In this document: positions 1-8,005 of the stretch, in pieces
Position numbering within the stretch: position 1 is the stretch's first letter
Layout of the letters: each line of letters starts with the position of its first letter
Virus record (IMG/VR): IMGVR_UViG_3300037511_000468
Span: 1-29,465 of that record
DNA length: 29,465 bases
Reading direction: 5' to 3' (one strand)
Source: a virus
Lineage: Duplodnaviria; Caudoviricetes
Notes under the pieces: generated by a model
What the model saw: the letters and a program-made list of their open reading frames with translations, nothing else
What the model was told of the DNA's origin: nothing
The model's database searches: none
Made by a program: the position numbers and the translations under genes

Positions 1-564
1 GACCTCGACCCGGAGAAGTCGCCCGAGGAGCAGCAGAAGGACCCGGGCTGGCGGGACATGCTCTACGTCACGGTCATCCCGAAGATGGAGGCCGCGGTCC
101 GCAACAGCACCCCGGCATTCACCGCAGACGAGGTCGACAACAATCTGAACGGCGCCTACACCAAGCTGGCGGCGGCGATCTCGAACGAGCTGAACAAGGA
201 GTACGGCAAGCCCGGCGCCTGGTTCTGCGGCCCCGGCTACAACCGGGACGACAAGAACTCCTGCCCGCCGATCGACGTGGTCGTGACCGACGGCAACTAC
301 AACGACGCGAAGATCGCCCAGGCACGGGCCGACGTGTTCGCCGCCGAGCAGCAGGCGCGGGCGCAGCAGATCAAGGTCCAGTCGCAGGTGGACGCGGCCA
401 ACAAGCTGAGGCAGGCCGGGACCCAGGGGATCGAGATCCAGCGGCTCCAGAACGAGCTGGCCATCGCTCAGGAGCAGACGAAGCAGGCGCAGGCCTGCTC
501 GTCGAACCCGAACTGCACCGTCATCGTCGGCTCGGGCGCCGGCGTGAACGTCAACACCAAGTAA
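1..564 (+). CDS. SPFH/band-7-like protein, C-terminal part (5' truncated)
   Basis: Frame is open from base 1 (DLDPEKSPEEQQKDPGWRDM...). Ala/Gln-rich coiled-coil tail is typical of actinophage band-7 proteins. Confidence 0.55.
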   Translation, partial: DLDPEKSPEEQQKDPGWRDMLYVTVIPKMEAAVRNSTPAFTADEVDNNLNGAYTKLAAAISNELNKEYGKPGAWFCGPGYNRDDKNSCPPIDVVVTDGNYNDAKIAQARADVFAAEQQARAQQIKVQSQVDAANKLRQAGTQGIEIQRLQNELAIAQEQTKQAQACSSNPNCTVIVGSGAGVNVNTK

Positions 565-578
565 CCCTTCCCGCCGCC

Positions 579-612
579 ACGGCGCGGTCCTGCTCGCGCG
601 GGGCCGCGCCGT
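579..612 (+). terminator. GC-rich hairpin
   Basis: acggcgcggtcc...ggccgcgccgt inverted repeat directly after the stop codon; no U-tract. Confidence 0.45.
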
Positions 613-633
613 TGCGCATCCGAGAGGAGAACG

Positions 634-1029
634 ATGGACATCGACCGGATGATCCGGGCGAACATGCTGGCTGACACTCCTCGGCGGCACCTACCCGAGG
701 AGTCGGTGCTGGTCTACCGGCTGGACCCGGGCGGCTTGATCGCTGAGCGACTTGGCTGCGAGGACTACGTCCAGCTCGCTTCCGTCATGGAGCACCGGCT
801 GGCGCGCTGGACGGTGGAGCTGTACTTCAAGAACGGATCGTGGCAGCTGAAGACCAACGAGCTGAACGACCTACGGGCCTTCGTCGAGGTGCCGGACTTC
901 TTCATGGCGTTGGCGCCCACCTATCCGTGGGCGCTACCCACGCCTAACTACCGACCGCCAGCGGATCCCACCCTGAACGACGTCATCCAGACCCTGAAGC
1001 GTTGCGGCGCGGTGGAGCAGCTCGGATGA
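634..1029 (+). CDS. Hypothetical phage protein
   Basis: RBS gaggag upstream; stop overlaps the next start (ATGA). Confidence 0.75.
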   Translation: MDIDRMIRANMLADTPRRHLPEESVLVYRLDPGGLIAERLGCEDYVQLASVMEHRLARWTVELYFKNGSWQLKTNELNDLRAFVEVPDFFMALAPTYPWALPTPNYRPPADPTLNDVIQTLKRCGAVEQLG

Positions 1030-1343
1030 CGTTCCCATCCGGCTTCATCACGATGGCCGTCGTCGAGGATGGCGAGGCTCGGTGGGAGAGCACGAGCGCG
1101 GCGCGGGACAGGGCGCCGATCGAGCGTGTACGGGTGACGCCTCGCCAGCGAACCATCCTGACGTTCCTGGCGCAGTACCGGCGCGAGCACGGACGCATCC
1201 CTTCCTACCGCGAGATCGCCGCTGCGGCCCGTTTGTCGGGCCCTGGTCCTGTTCGGTACCAGCTGCGCCTGCTGGCCGCCAAGGGGCTCCTGGAGCACGA
1301 CGACGGCAAGCGGCGGGGGATCACCCTGAACGTGACCCTGTGA
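1026..1343 (+). CDS. LexA-type winged-helix DNA-binding protein lacking the peptidase domain
   Basis: TPRQRTILTFL...HGRIPSYREIA...L..KGLL...RGI matches the LexA N-terminal domain. ATG at 1026 is coupled to the upstream stop. Confidence 0.85.
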   Translation: MTFPSGFITMAVVEDGEARWESTSAARDRAPIERVRVTPRQRTILTFLAQYRREHGRIPSYREIAAAARLSGPGPVRYQLRLLAAKGLLEHDDGKRRGITLNVTL

Positions 1344-1349
1344 CACAGA

Positions 1350-1378
1350 GAGGGCCGCTCCGGTCTGGAGCGGCCCTC
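1350..1378. terminator. Hairpin between convergent genes
   Basis: Perfect 12-bp stem gagggccgctcc/ggagcggccctc. Confidence 0.7.
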
Positions 1379-1379
1379 G

Positions 1380-1751
1380 TCATTCGGCCTTGCGGCGGGT
1401 CAGCTTGTACGGCACCCGGGTCTGGCCCGGTAGTGGAAGCGCGGGGTACTTCAGGCGCCACGCGATGTAGGTCCGCAGGTCCGCGGAGATCCGGCGCTCG
1501 TCGTCCACGAACAGGTGGGCGTACGGCTTCCAGATGTCGTCATGGACTCGGAACTTACGGACCGGGGCACCGTCCGCACGGGGATCGGATAGTGCCCCGG
1601 GAAGCTGCATGGTGGGGTTATCGGTGCGCCACTCCAGGTACCGTCGAAGGTCGGCAGAGCGGCCGGCGTCGCCAACGACCTTCGCGTAGTCGTGCCACAG
1701 GGCACCCACGCGGAAGCCTCGCTGATCTCCGGTCCTCATCATGCTGGTCAT
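1380..1751 (-). CDS. Tandem ribbon-helix-helix DNA-binding protein
   Basis: Two internal repeats RxFRV..W..Y....SADLRxYxxWR...P...LPG. Start is uncertain (ATG at 1751, 1742 or 1739). Confidence 0.65.
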   Translation of the reverse strand: MTSMMRTGDQRGFRVGALWHDYAKVVGDAGRSADLRRYLEWRTDNPTMQLPGALSDPRADGAPVRKFRVHDDIWKPYAHLFVDDERRISADLRTYIAWRLKYPALPLPGQTRVPYKLTRRKAE

Positions 1752-1843
1752 GCTAGACCAGCCACTATGCTGTGGCAACGGATGTACCAACGATGCATGA
1801 TCCGGGGATCTCGCCAGGGTCCGAGGAAGATGTCCGATGGCAC

Positions 1844-1872
1844 TTGCTTTCGACGCTCCGAGGCTCTAGGTT
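1844..1872 (+). promoter_or_regulatory. SigA/HrdB-like promoter for the replication operon
   Basis: TTGCTT-17 nt-TAGGTT in a lower-GC divergent intergenic region. Confidence 0.6.
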
Positions 1873-1881
1873 TGTACCCAC

Positions 1882-1907
1882 GTTGTTGTGACGCATGTGC
1901 CAACAAC
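1882..1907. promoter_or_regulatory. Palindromic operator candidate
   Basis: gttgttg-N12-caacaac just downstream of the -10 box. Confidence 0.5.
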
Positions 1908-1977
1908 AGCCGTGAGGCAGCAACCCCAGAAAATGCTTTGACCAGCATAAACCCTGCAACGGAGGAGGAGCGAGCAA

Positions 1978-2871
1978 GTGGCAAAGCCTCGACTCGCGCA
2001 GGAGACCCCGGAGGACTCCCGGCTCTTTGTCCGGATCTCCCAGGATCTCCCGTTCAACTTGAAGATCAGCTCGATGAGCAACCCCCTGATGGCCATCGCC
2101 GCGCAGGTGATCGCCATCTGCACGTCGGCGAACGGCATGACCGACGGCCACGTGCCCATCAATTCGATCAAGCACATGGGTGTCGACGACACCGTCATCA
2201 AGGAGATGATCGAGGAAGGCGTCTGGCACGACGAGCACAGCGACTGCTCGCGCTGCGACACTCCTCGCCGCGGCCAGATCTACATCCACGACTACCTGAA
2301 GCACCAGCGCAGCTCCGCCGCGGTCGCCGAGCTGAGGCAGAAGAAGTCCCTCGCCGGTGCCGCCGGTGCCGAGGCGCGCTGGGCGGGCCACCGCAAGAAG
2401 CAGGCCGCGGAGCGCGAGAAGGTCGCCAAGAAGGCCGAGAAGGTCGGAGACCCGTCGCCGATCCGGCCTGAGATCGAGATGCTCTGCAAGGGCATGGCCA
2501 CCCTGATCGGCCGCAACGACTCGAAGGGGCGCGTCCCGGCCATCGGCAAGGCCTGGTACGAGGACATGCGCAAGATGATCGACATCGACGGCTTCTCGGT
2601 CGAGGAGCTGAAGCAGGTCATCGAGTGGACGCAGCGTCACCCGTTCTGGTCCATCAACATCAAGTCGCCGTTCAAGCTGCGGCACCACATGAAGCCCGAC
2701 AACACCGACCTCATGGGCCGGATGCGGCGTGACCCCGACGCCCGCGGCGACGGACTGGCGCGCGTCGGCAACGGGCCGAGCCGGGCGGACGAGGCCATGA
2801 GCGTGGCCGAGCGCCTGGAGCAGAAGTACGGCTCGGGCGGCTCGGAGCAGCTTGAGCTGGGGGCGGCATGA
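1978..2871 (+). CDS. Phage replication initiator (RepA/replisome organiser-like)
   Basis: TDGHVP, IHDYLKHQ..AGxxGAEARW and C-terminal W...FWSINIKSPFKLR motifs. It precedes the loader and DnaB; GTG start with ggaggag RBS. Confidence 0.75.
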   Translation: MAKPRLAQETPEDSRLFVRISQDLPFNLKISSMSNPLMAIAAQVIAICTSANGMTDGHVPINSIKHMGVDDTVIKEMIEEGVWHDEHSDCSRCDTPRRGQIYIHDYLKHQRSSAAVAELRQKKSLAGAAGAEARWAGHRKKQAAEREKVAKKAEKVGDPSPIRPEIEMLCKGMATLIGRNDSKGRVPAIGKAWYEDMRKMIDIDGFSVEELKQVIEWTQRHPFWSINIKSPFKLRHHMKPDNTDLMGRMRRDPDARGDGLARVGNGPSRADEAMSVAERLEQKYGSGGSEQLELGAA

Positions 2872-3341
2872 GGTCTCCCGCAGACGCCGCCCGTGTGCTG
2901 GCTGCCTGCGCCGTGTTCGACAACCGGAAGGTCGTGGGAGATCAGGGTGAGCAGCTGGCCGAGGCCTGGTTCACCGTGCTCGGGGACCTGGATCTGATCG
3001 ACTGCCTGGAGGCGGTCCGGCGCCACTACCGCGACAAGACCGAATGGATCATGCCGGCGGACATCCGCCGCGGGGTCCGGGCGATCCGCGAGGAGCGGCG
3101 CCGCGAGCAGCCTCACGAGGCTCGGCAGCTGCCCTCGCGGTTCGAGTGGGACGCCACCAGGGCGATCACCGCCGAGCGTGGGTCCGGCACTGCCCGCGAG
3201 GCGCTCGCTCAGCTGCTGGAGGGTCTGGCCAAGAAGTCCGGCTCCCCGGCCGCGCAGCGAGCGATCGACGAGCTGCGCGCCATCACACCTGGCCCTTCGT
3301 GGGCCGCCGACGAGGATGAGGAGGGGACGGCTCGTGCTTGA
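2868..3341 (+). CDS. Helicase loader/inhibitor (G39P-like)
   Basis: A.VLA...FDNR...AW...L.DL...D...AVRRHY....WIMPADI motif; located between Rep and DnaB. Confidence 0.75.
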   Translation: MRSPADAARVLAACAVFDNRKVVGDQGEQLAEAWFTVLGDLDLIDCLEAVRRHYRDKTEWIMPADIRRGVRAIREERRREQPHEARQLPSRFEWDATRAITAERGSGTAREALAQLLEGLAKKSGSPAAQRAIDELRAITPGPSWAADEDEEGTARA

Positions 3342-4692
3342 CCTGGCTGAGGACGTACAGCGCGGCGCGGACCGTCGCCCTCCTCATGACGCGCAGGCTG
3401 AGAAGGCTGTGCTAGGTGGCATGCTGCTCTCCCGGGACGTGATCTCCGACGTGGTCGAGATCCTGACCATGGAGGACTTCTACCTGCCGCGCCACGCGCA
3501 GATCTTCGACGCGATCACCAAGCTGTTCGCCGAGGGTGCCCCCGCGGACGCCGTCACCATCAGCGCCTACCTGGCGGACGCCGGTGAGCTGGCGCGGGTC
3601 GGTGGCGTGCCGTACATCCACGAGCTGGTGGAGTTCGTACCCACCGCGGCGAACGCCACCTACTACGGCCGGATCGTCAGCGAGAAGGCCGTCATGCGGC
3701 GACTCGTCGAGGCGGGGATTCGGATCGCCCAGCTCGGGTACGGACAGGACGGCTCTGGCCGTAGCGCCTCCGACACCGTAGACCTGGCGCAGCAGGCGGT
3801 CTACGACATCACGACCGCGCGCAACGCCAATGACTTCGTCACGCTGGCCGAGACACTCCAGTCGACGCTCGACGACATCGAGTCCGCGGGCAAGGCCGGG
3901 TCTGACCTGCTCGGCACGCCGACCGGCTTCCGTGACCTCGACCGGCTGCTGGGCGGACTCCACCCAGGTCAACTGATCATCGTGGCCGGACGTCCTGGGC
4001 TGGGCAAGTCGACGGTGGGCATCGACTTCGTCCGCAATGCCGCGATCCGTGCCGGCCAGGCGAGCGCAGTGTTCTCGCTGGAGATGTCGCGGATCGAGAT
4101 CGTCATGCGCCTGCTCGCCGCGGAGGCCCGGGTCCCGCTGCACATGCTGCGCTCTGGCAATCTCGGTGACGACGAGTGGGTGAAGCTGGGCAAGCGGCTG
4201 GGCGAGGTGGGCGACGCGCCGATCTTCATCGACGACAGCCCCTCGCTGAACCTGATGGAGATCCGCGCGAAGGCTCGGCGGCTCAAGCAGCGCCACAACC
4301 TGAAGCTGCTGGTGGTCGACTACCTCCAGCTGATGACGTCGCCGAAGCGCTCGGAGTCCCGGCAGCAGGAGGTATCAGAGCTGTCGCGCGGCCTGAAGCT
4401 GCTGGCGAAGGAGATCGAGTGCCCGGTCATCGCGATGTCGCAGCTGAACCGCGGTCCTGAGCAGCGCCAGGACAAGCGCCCCCAGCTCTCCGACCTGCGT
4501 GAATCCGGCAGCATCGAACAGGATGCAGACGTCGTCATCCTGCTGCACCGTGACGACTACTACGACAAGGAGTCCGCGCGCGCTGGCGAAGCGGACTTCA
4601 TCGTGGCCAAGCACCGCAACGGGCCGACCGACACCGTGACGGTGGCGGCCCAGCTCCACCTGTCCCGGTTCGTCGACATCTCGATGAGCTGA
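3334..4692 (+). CDS. dnaB: Replicative DNA helicase DnaB
   Basis: PPHDAQAEKAVLG N-terminus, Walker A GRPGLGKS, FSLEMS, VVDYLQLM, SQLNR, DLRESGSIEQDAD, KHRNGPT. GTG at 3334 follows a gagggg RBS. Confidence 0.97.
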   Translation: MLDLAEDVQRGADRRPPHDAQAEKAVLGGMLLSRDVISDVVEILTMEDFYLPRHAQIFDAITKLFAEGAPADAVTISAYLADAGELARVGGVPYIHELVEFVPTAANATYYGRIVSEKAVMRRLVEAGIRIAQLGYGQDGSGRSASDTVDLAQQAVYDITTARNANDFVTLAETLQSTLDDIESAGKAGSDLLGTPTGFRDLDRLLGGLHPGQLIIVAGRPGLGKSTVGIDFVRNAAIRAGQASAVFSLEMSRIEIVMRLLAAEARVPLHMLRSGNLGDDEWVKLGKRLGEVGDAPIFIDDSPSLNLMEIRAKARRLKQRHNLKLLVVDYLQLMTSPKRSESRQQEVSELSRGLKLLAKEIECPVIAMSQLNRGPEQRQDKRPQLSDLRESGSIEQDADVVILLHRDDYYDKESARAGEADFIVAKHRNGPTDTVTVAAQLHLSRFVDISMS

Positions 4693-4739
4693 GGGATCAC
4701 AAGCTTCGCCGGATCGACCGGTGAGAGAAGGGGAACATC

Positions 4740-5069
4740 ATGACCGACAAGATCACCGACTACTACGAGATCAAGATCGTCCGTCGGCGCCTGATCGAGC
4801 AGGACGGCATGCCCGACGTGGAGGAGGAGCAGAACGTCATGGAGGCGACCGTGCCGGCCTCGACCGCCCCGGCGCTCCTGCACAGCACCGCGGACTCCAT
4901 CAACACCACGCGTAAGGCCACGAGCTGGGCGACGGTGTTCAAGGCCGTCGGTGACGCCGTCAAGGAGGCCGAGGCGAACGCCCAGGCCAAGGGCGAGCCG
5001 TCGTTCCTCGACATCCTGAAGGGCAAGGGCACCACGTCCACGTCCGGCCGGGGTAACACCAACCGGTAG
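4740..5069 (+). CDS. Hypothetical protein
   Basis: RBS upstream and strong GC3 codon bias. Confidence 0.75.
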   Translation: MTDKITDYYEIKIVRRRLIEQDGMPDVEEEQNVMEATVPASTAPALLHSTADSINTTRKATSWATVFKAVGDAVKEAEANAQAKGEPSFLDILKGKGTTSTSGRGNTNR

Positions 5070-5108
5070 ACCACCACCAGCGGCATCTGCCGCGGGGAAG
5101 GAGAACAG

Positions 5109-5264
5109 ATGACTCAGAAGAACCTCCTGGCGTACTCGGCCTCCGGCATCGAGGACGCCACCGGGATCAGCGGTCCCGCTCTGCTCGTGCTGCTCGCCGT
5201 CGCGCTCGTCGTGGTGCTCGGCATCGCGCGGGCCTACCGTCGCCGTCGGCAGGGGCGCCGGTGA
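5109..5264 (+). CDS. Small single-TM membrane protein (51 aa; not in ORF track)
   Basis: MTQKNLLAYSASGIEDATGISGPALLVLLAVALVVVLGIARAYRRRRQGRR. aaggag RBS; GTGA overlap with the next gene. Confidence 0.75.
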   Translation: MTQKNLLAYSASGIEDATGISGPALLVLLAVALVVVLGIARAYRRRRQGRR

Positions 5265-5719
5265 CCAACCGCAGGAAGGGACGCGCACTGCTGGAGCGCC
5301 TGCTCGGCAGTGTCGAGGATGTGGTGCGCGTCTCCCCGGCTGACGTGCTCGTCGTGACCGGCGTGCAGGACGACGACACGGAGATGATGGAGCGCCTGCC
5401 GGAGCTGCTGGAGCAGTTCGGCGTGGAGGCTCGCGGCGTGATCCTGCTGGGCGTCGGCATGGACGTCAACTCCATCGACCTGGAGGAGCTGGTCGCTCTG
5501 GACCGGATGGCGGACGAGGTCGAGGAGGGTCAGACGGTCGTCGGGCACACCTCGATCGACGGCCTCACCGTGCCGGTCCGGTGTCCGCGCTGCGAGCAAC
5601 CTATCGACATGTCGGTGACCGCGAGCGTGCAGGACACCGGGACCCGGCTGATTGGCGGCGCGTCCGTGGATGGCCGTGACCTGGAGCTTCACGCCATGGT
5701 GTGCCCAGGTAAGTCGTGA
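5261..5719 (+). CDS. Hypothetical protein with CxxC...HxxxC putative Zn site
   Basis: CPRC and HAMVC motifs; coupled start. Confidence 0.7.
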   Translation: MTNRRKGRALLERLLGSVEDVVRVSPADVLVVTGVQDDDTEMMERLPELLEQFGVEARGVILLGVGMDVNSIDLEELVALDRMADEVEEGQTVVGHTSIDGLTVPVRCPRCEQPIDMSVTASVQDTGTRLIGGASVDGRDLELHAMVCPGKS

Positions 5720-5766
5720 TCAACAGGTAGGCTGGCTCCAGCCGCCGCCCACCCAAGGAGCTGCTC

Positions 5767-6429
5767 ATGCAGTGCAAGGACATCCCGGACGAGGTCTTCC
5801 TCGACGCGATCCGCACAGCGAGCCGACTCCGGGGTGGCGGCTGGGCCATGTACTGGGACGTCGGTTGCGTGCTCACCGGCCACGACGAGCACGTCGGCGA
5901 TCTCAATGCGCACCACGCCTTCACCCCGAGCGAATGCATGCCAGGCAACCTGATCCGTGCGAAGGCGAAGAAGCTGATCGATCGGCGCCGGATGGACGGC
6001 TGCCCCTGTGGCTGCCGCGGAGACTTCGAGGTGCTCGACGCCAACGGTGTGCCCGAGCGCTATGAGATGAAGAAGAGGGGCTCGTTCTATGTGGCGCCTA
6101 TCGGCACCGGGGCCCCAACCACACTGGAGCTGGGAAGCGAGTGGAAGGAGATGGGTTGGATGTCCTCTGACGGAGTGGCAACCGTCCCGGCACAGGAGAC
6201 CACCTGGCTGGGACCTAACGCGACCGAGCTGATTCGGCCGATGCGGATGACCACGAAGGAGCTGAACCTGGAGTTTGGCAAGGCGCGCGAGGCGCTCCGG
6301 GCCATGGTCGGCAACGTGAAGCTGAGCCTGGGGCTCACGCAGGCTCTGGCGATGCCGACGATCGCAGACCTGGATCGCATGGCCGCAATGCGCACGGCCT
6401 ACCGGCGTAAGCGGCGCGGTCGGTGGTGA
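5767..6429 (+). CDS. Hypothetical fusion protein: GCxCGCRGD domain plus major-tail-protein-like fragment
   Basis: aaggag RBS. N-terminal MQCKDIPD...GCPCGCRGDF; internal GSFYVAPIGT..P....W..MGWMSSDG. Confidence 0.7.
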   Translation: MQCKDIPDEVFLDAIRTASRLRGGGWAMYWDVGCVLTGHDEHVGDLNAHHAFTPSECMPGNLIRAKAKKLIDRRRMDGCPCGCRGDFEVLDANGVPERYEMKKRGSFYVAPIGTGAPTTLELGSEWKEMGWMSSDGVATVPAQETTWLGPNATELIRPMRMTTKELNLEFGKAREALRAMVGNVKLSLGLTQALAMPTIADLDRMAAMRTAYRRKRRGRW

Positions 6430-6614
6430 GCGGCGGGCAGCCGCTGATCCGTCTGGTCGAGGACGACAGCGTCCCCGAGGGCATGGTCATCATCGGCGAC
6501 TCGCTGGCGCGCTACGAGCTGATGCGGGAGTGGCGCATCCAGCAGCACATCCACGACAGGTGTATGAGCCGAGACGAGCTGATCCGCCGGATGGTCACGG
6601 TCATCGGCGTGTGA
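6426..6614 (+). CDS. Hypothetical protein
   Basis: GTGA overlap with the upstream stop; ends just before a hairpin. Confidence 0.6.
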   Translation: MSGGQPLIRLVEDDSVPEGMVIIGDSLARYELMREWRIQQHIHDRCMSRDELIRRMVTVIGV

Positions 6615-6621
6615 ATACGAA

Positions 6622-6658
6622 GAGGGCACGACCGGAACCCCCTACCGGTCGTGCCCTC
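6622..6658 (+). terminator. Hairpin/terminator
   Basis: Perfect 14-bp stem gagggcacgaccgg/ccggtcgtgccctc. Confidence 0.65.
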
Positions 6659-6740
6659 ATCAGAACCGGACCACCAGGCTTCCCGGACTGGCGATCTTCG
6701 AGCATCGTACATGAGAGTGCGCGAGGTCAGGAGAGACGCC

Positions 6741-7541
6741 ATGAGTGAGCCATACTGCGTGCTCTGCCTGGTATACCGCCAGGGCGCTGAGCAGCACGCC
6801 CCTGATCGTTCGCAGACATGTGAATCCGGCCGACGTCGTCTGGAGCGCGATCGTCAGGCAGTCCTTTCGATGTACCGCCGTCTGGCCGAGCAGGAGCAGG
6901 AACTGGTCGGCACCCGGATGACGGAGGACGGCACCCCGCGGGATCCCATCGCGGCGCTGCTGCCGATGGCGAACACACCGGGCCGCAGCAAGAAGCCGTC
7001 GGTGTCGGGCAGCAAGGAGCGCCAGCTGCCCATCAACGTCACCGTCGTCGACCTGATGGCGCCGGCGACCTGGGGTCCCCTGAAGTCCGGGCCGGACCAG
7101 GTCGGCGCGCTGAGCGTCGCCACCGTGCTGGCCCAGTGGATCGAGCGGTGGCAGGAGCTGTACGAGCCCCAGTCGCAGTTCTATGCCTTGACCGCGCCGA
7201 CCCTGCTGAAGTGGCTGGCGTATCGGCTCGACAGCTTCGCCGACCGGGATCCGGACATCGGCCTGTTCGCCGAGGACCTGAGCACGCTGAAGACGCAGCT
7301 GCGCGCTGCGCTGGGCGAGGCAACGCCGAAGCCCCTCGTGATGTGGGGCGTCCCGTGCCGTCGCTGTGACACGGTCTCCACGCTCGTCCTGGATCCGGAA
7401 GACCCCGACCACTACCGGGAGTGCTCCAACGAGTCCTGTGGGCTTCTGATGACCGAGGATGAGTACAAGGCGTGGCTGGTGGAGATCGTCGAGAAGCTGC
7501 GCGCTGAGCGCGAGCGGGTTGCGGAGGGGGCTGTGGTGTAG
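6741..7541 (+). CDS. Zn-finger protein, putative late transcription regulator
   Basis: aggag RBS before MSEPYCVLC; C-terminal CRRC...CSNESC. Occupies the end-of-early-operon position; function inferred from position. Confidence 0.6.
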   Translation: MSEPYCVLCLVYRQGAEQHAPDRSQTCESGRRRLERDRQAVLSMYRRLAEQEQELVGTRMTEDGTPRDPIAALLPMANTPGRSKKPSVSGSKERQLPINVTVVDLMAPATWGPLKSGPDQVGALSVATVLAQWIERWQELYEPQSQFYALTAPTLLKWLAYRLDSFADRDPDIGLFAEDLSTLKTQLRAALGEATPKPLVMWGVPCRRCDTVSTLVLDPEDPDHYRECSNESCGLLMTEDEYKAWLVEIVEKLRAERERVAEGAVV

Positions 7542-7547
7542 TACGGT
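7519..7547 (+). promoter_or_regulatory. Promoter overlapping the regulator's 3' end
   Basis: TTGCGG-17 nt-TACGGT. Confidence 0.5.
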
Positions 7548-7600
7548 CTTCGTGGGGTTGCTACTGGGCGGAGTCCTCCATCCTCCAGCTTGGTCAGCAA

Positions 7601-7636
7601 ACGGTGGCCCTCCGCTTCGGCGGAGGGTTTCGCCGT
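7601..7636 (+). terminator. cUUCGg-capped hairpin (attenuator/terminator)
   Basis: ccctccgc-ttcg-gcggaggg followed by ttt; extendable by acggtg/cgccgt. Confidence 0.6.
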
Positions 7637-7675
7637 CTCTGGGCCCCGTCAGGGACAGACACGAGAGGAGCGCGT

Positions 7676-7894
7676 ATGCCACCCGCTTGGAAGGACCTGC
7701 TGGAGGCGCTGGAGATCTTGGCCAAGTACCCCTCCAACTTCACCAGCCCGTTGCACTGCGAGCACGACCACCTGACCGTGATGGCCGACCCGGACCAGTT
7801 CACCGACGATGAACTGATTCGGCTGGAGCGGCTCGGGTTCTTCCCGAAGCGCGACGAGGGCGTGTTCTGCTCGTTCCGGTTCGGCAGCGCGTGA
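7676..7894 (+). CDS. Hypothetical phage protein (72 aa)
   Basis: gaggag RBS before MPPAWKDL; HCEHD motif. Confidence 0.75.
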   Translation: MPPAWKDLLEALEILAKYPSNFTSPLHCEHDHLTVMADPDQFTDDELIRLERLGFFPKRDEGVFCSFRFGSA

Positions 7895-7946
7895 CCTGCA
7901 CGTTGCACCAGTCGGACGGCTCCTGAAGACTGCTCCGGGGGGAACA

Positions 7947-7991
7947 GAAAAGCGGCCCCGGCCCGCTCGCGAGAGCAGGCCGGGGCCGCTT
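7947..7991 (-). terminator. Intrinsic terminator of the late operon, likely bidirectional
   Basis: 14-bp stem aagcggccccggcc/ggccggggccgctt with a U-rich tail on the - strand; lies between convergent arms. Confidence 0.8.
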
Positions 7992-8005
7992 GGTGTTGCT
8001 GGTGG

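Noticed and set aside
2350-2450. Short repeats in rep (gccggtgcc x2, gagaaggtcg x2) as iterons
   Set aside because: Only two copies each, and they are explained by the encoded AGA and EKV peptides.
3178-3333. N-terminal extension of DnaB in the ORF track
   Set aside because: It overlaps the loader gene; the RBS and homology begin at GTG 3334.
3334-4692. Intein in DnaB
   Set aside because: Length is ~452 aa with contiguous motifs and no insertion.
7527-7600. tRNA-like start GGGGCTGTGGTGTAGT..GGT
   Set aside because: No D-stem closure, anticodon arm, T-loop or complementary acceptor strand; better explained as the gene end plus a promoter.
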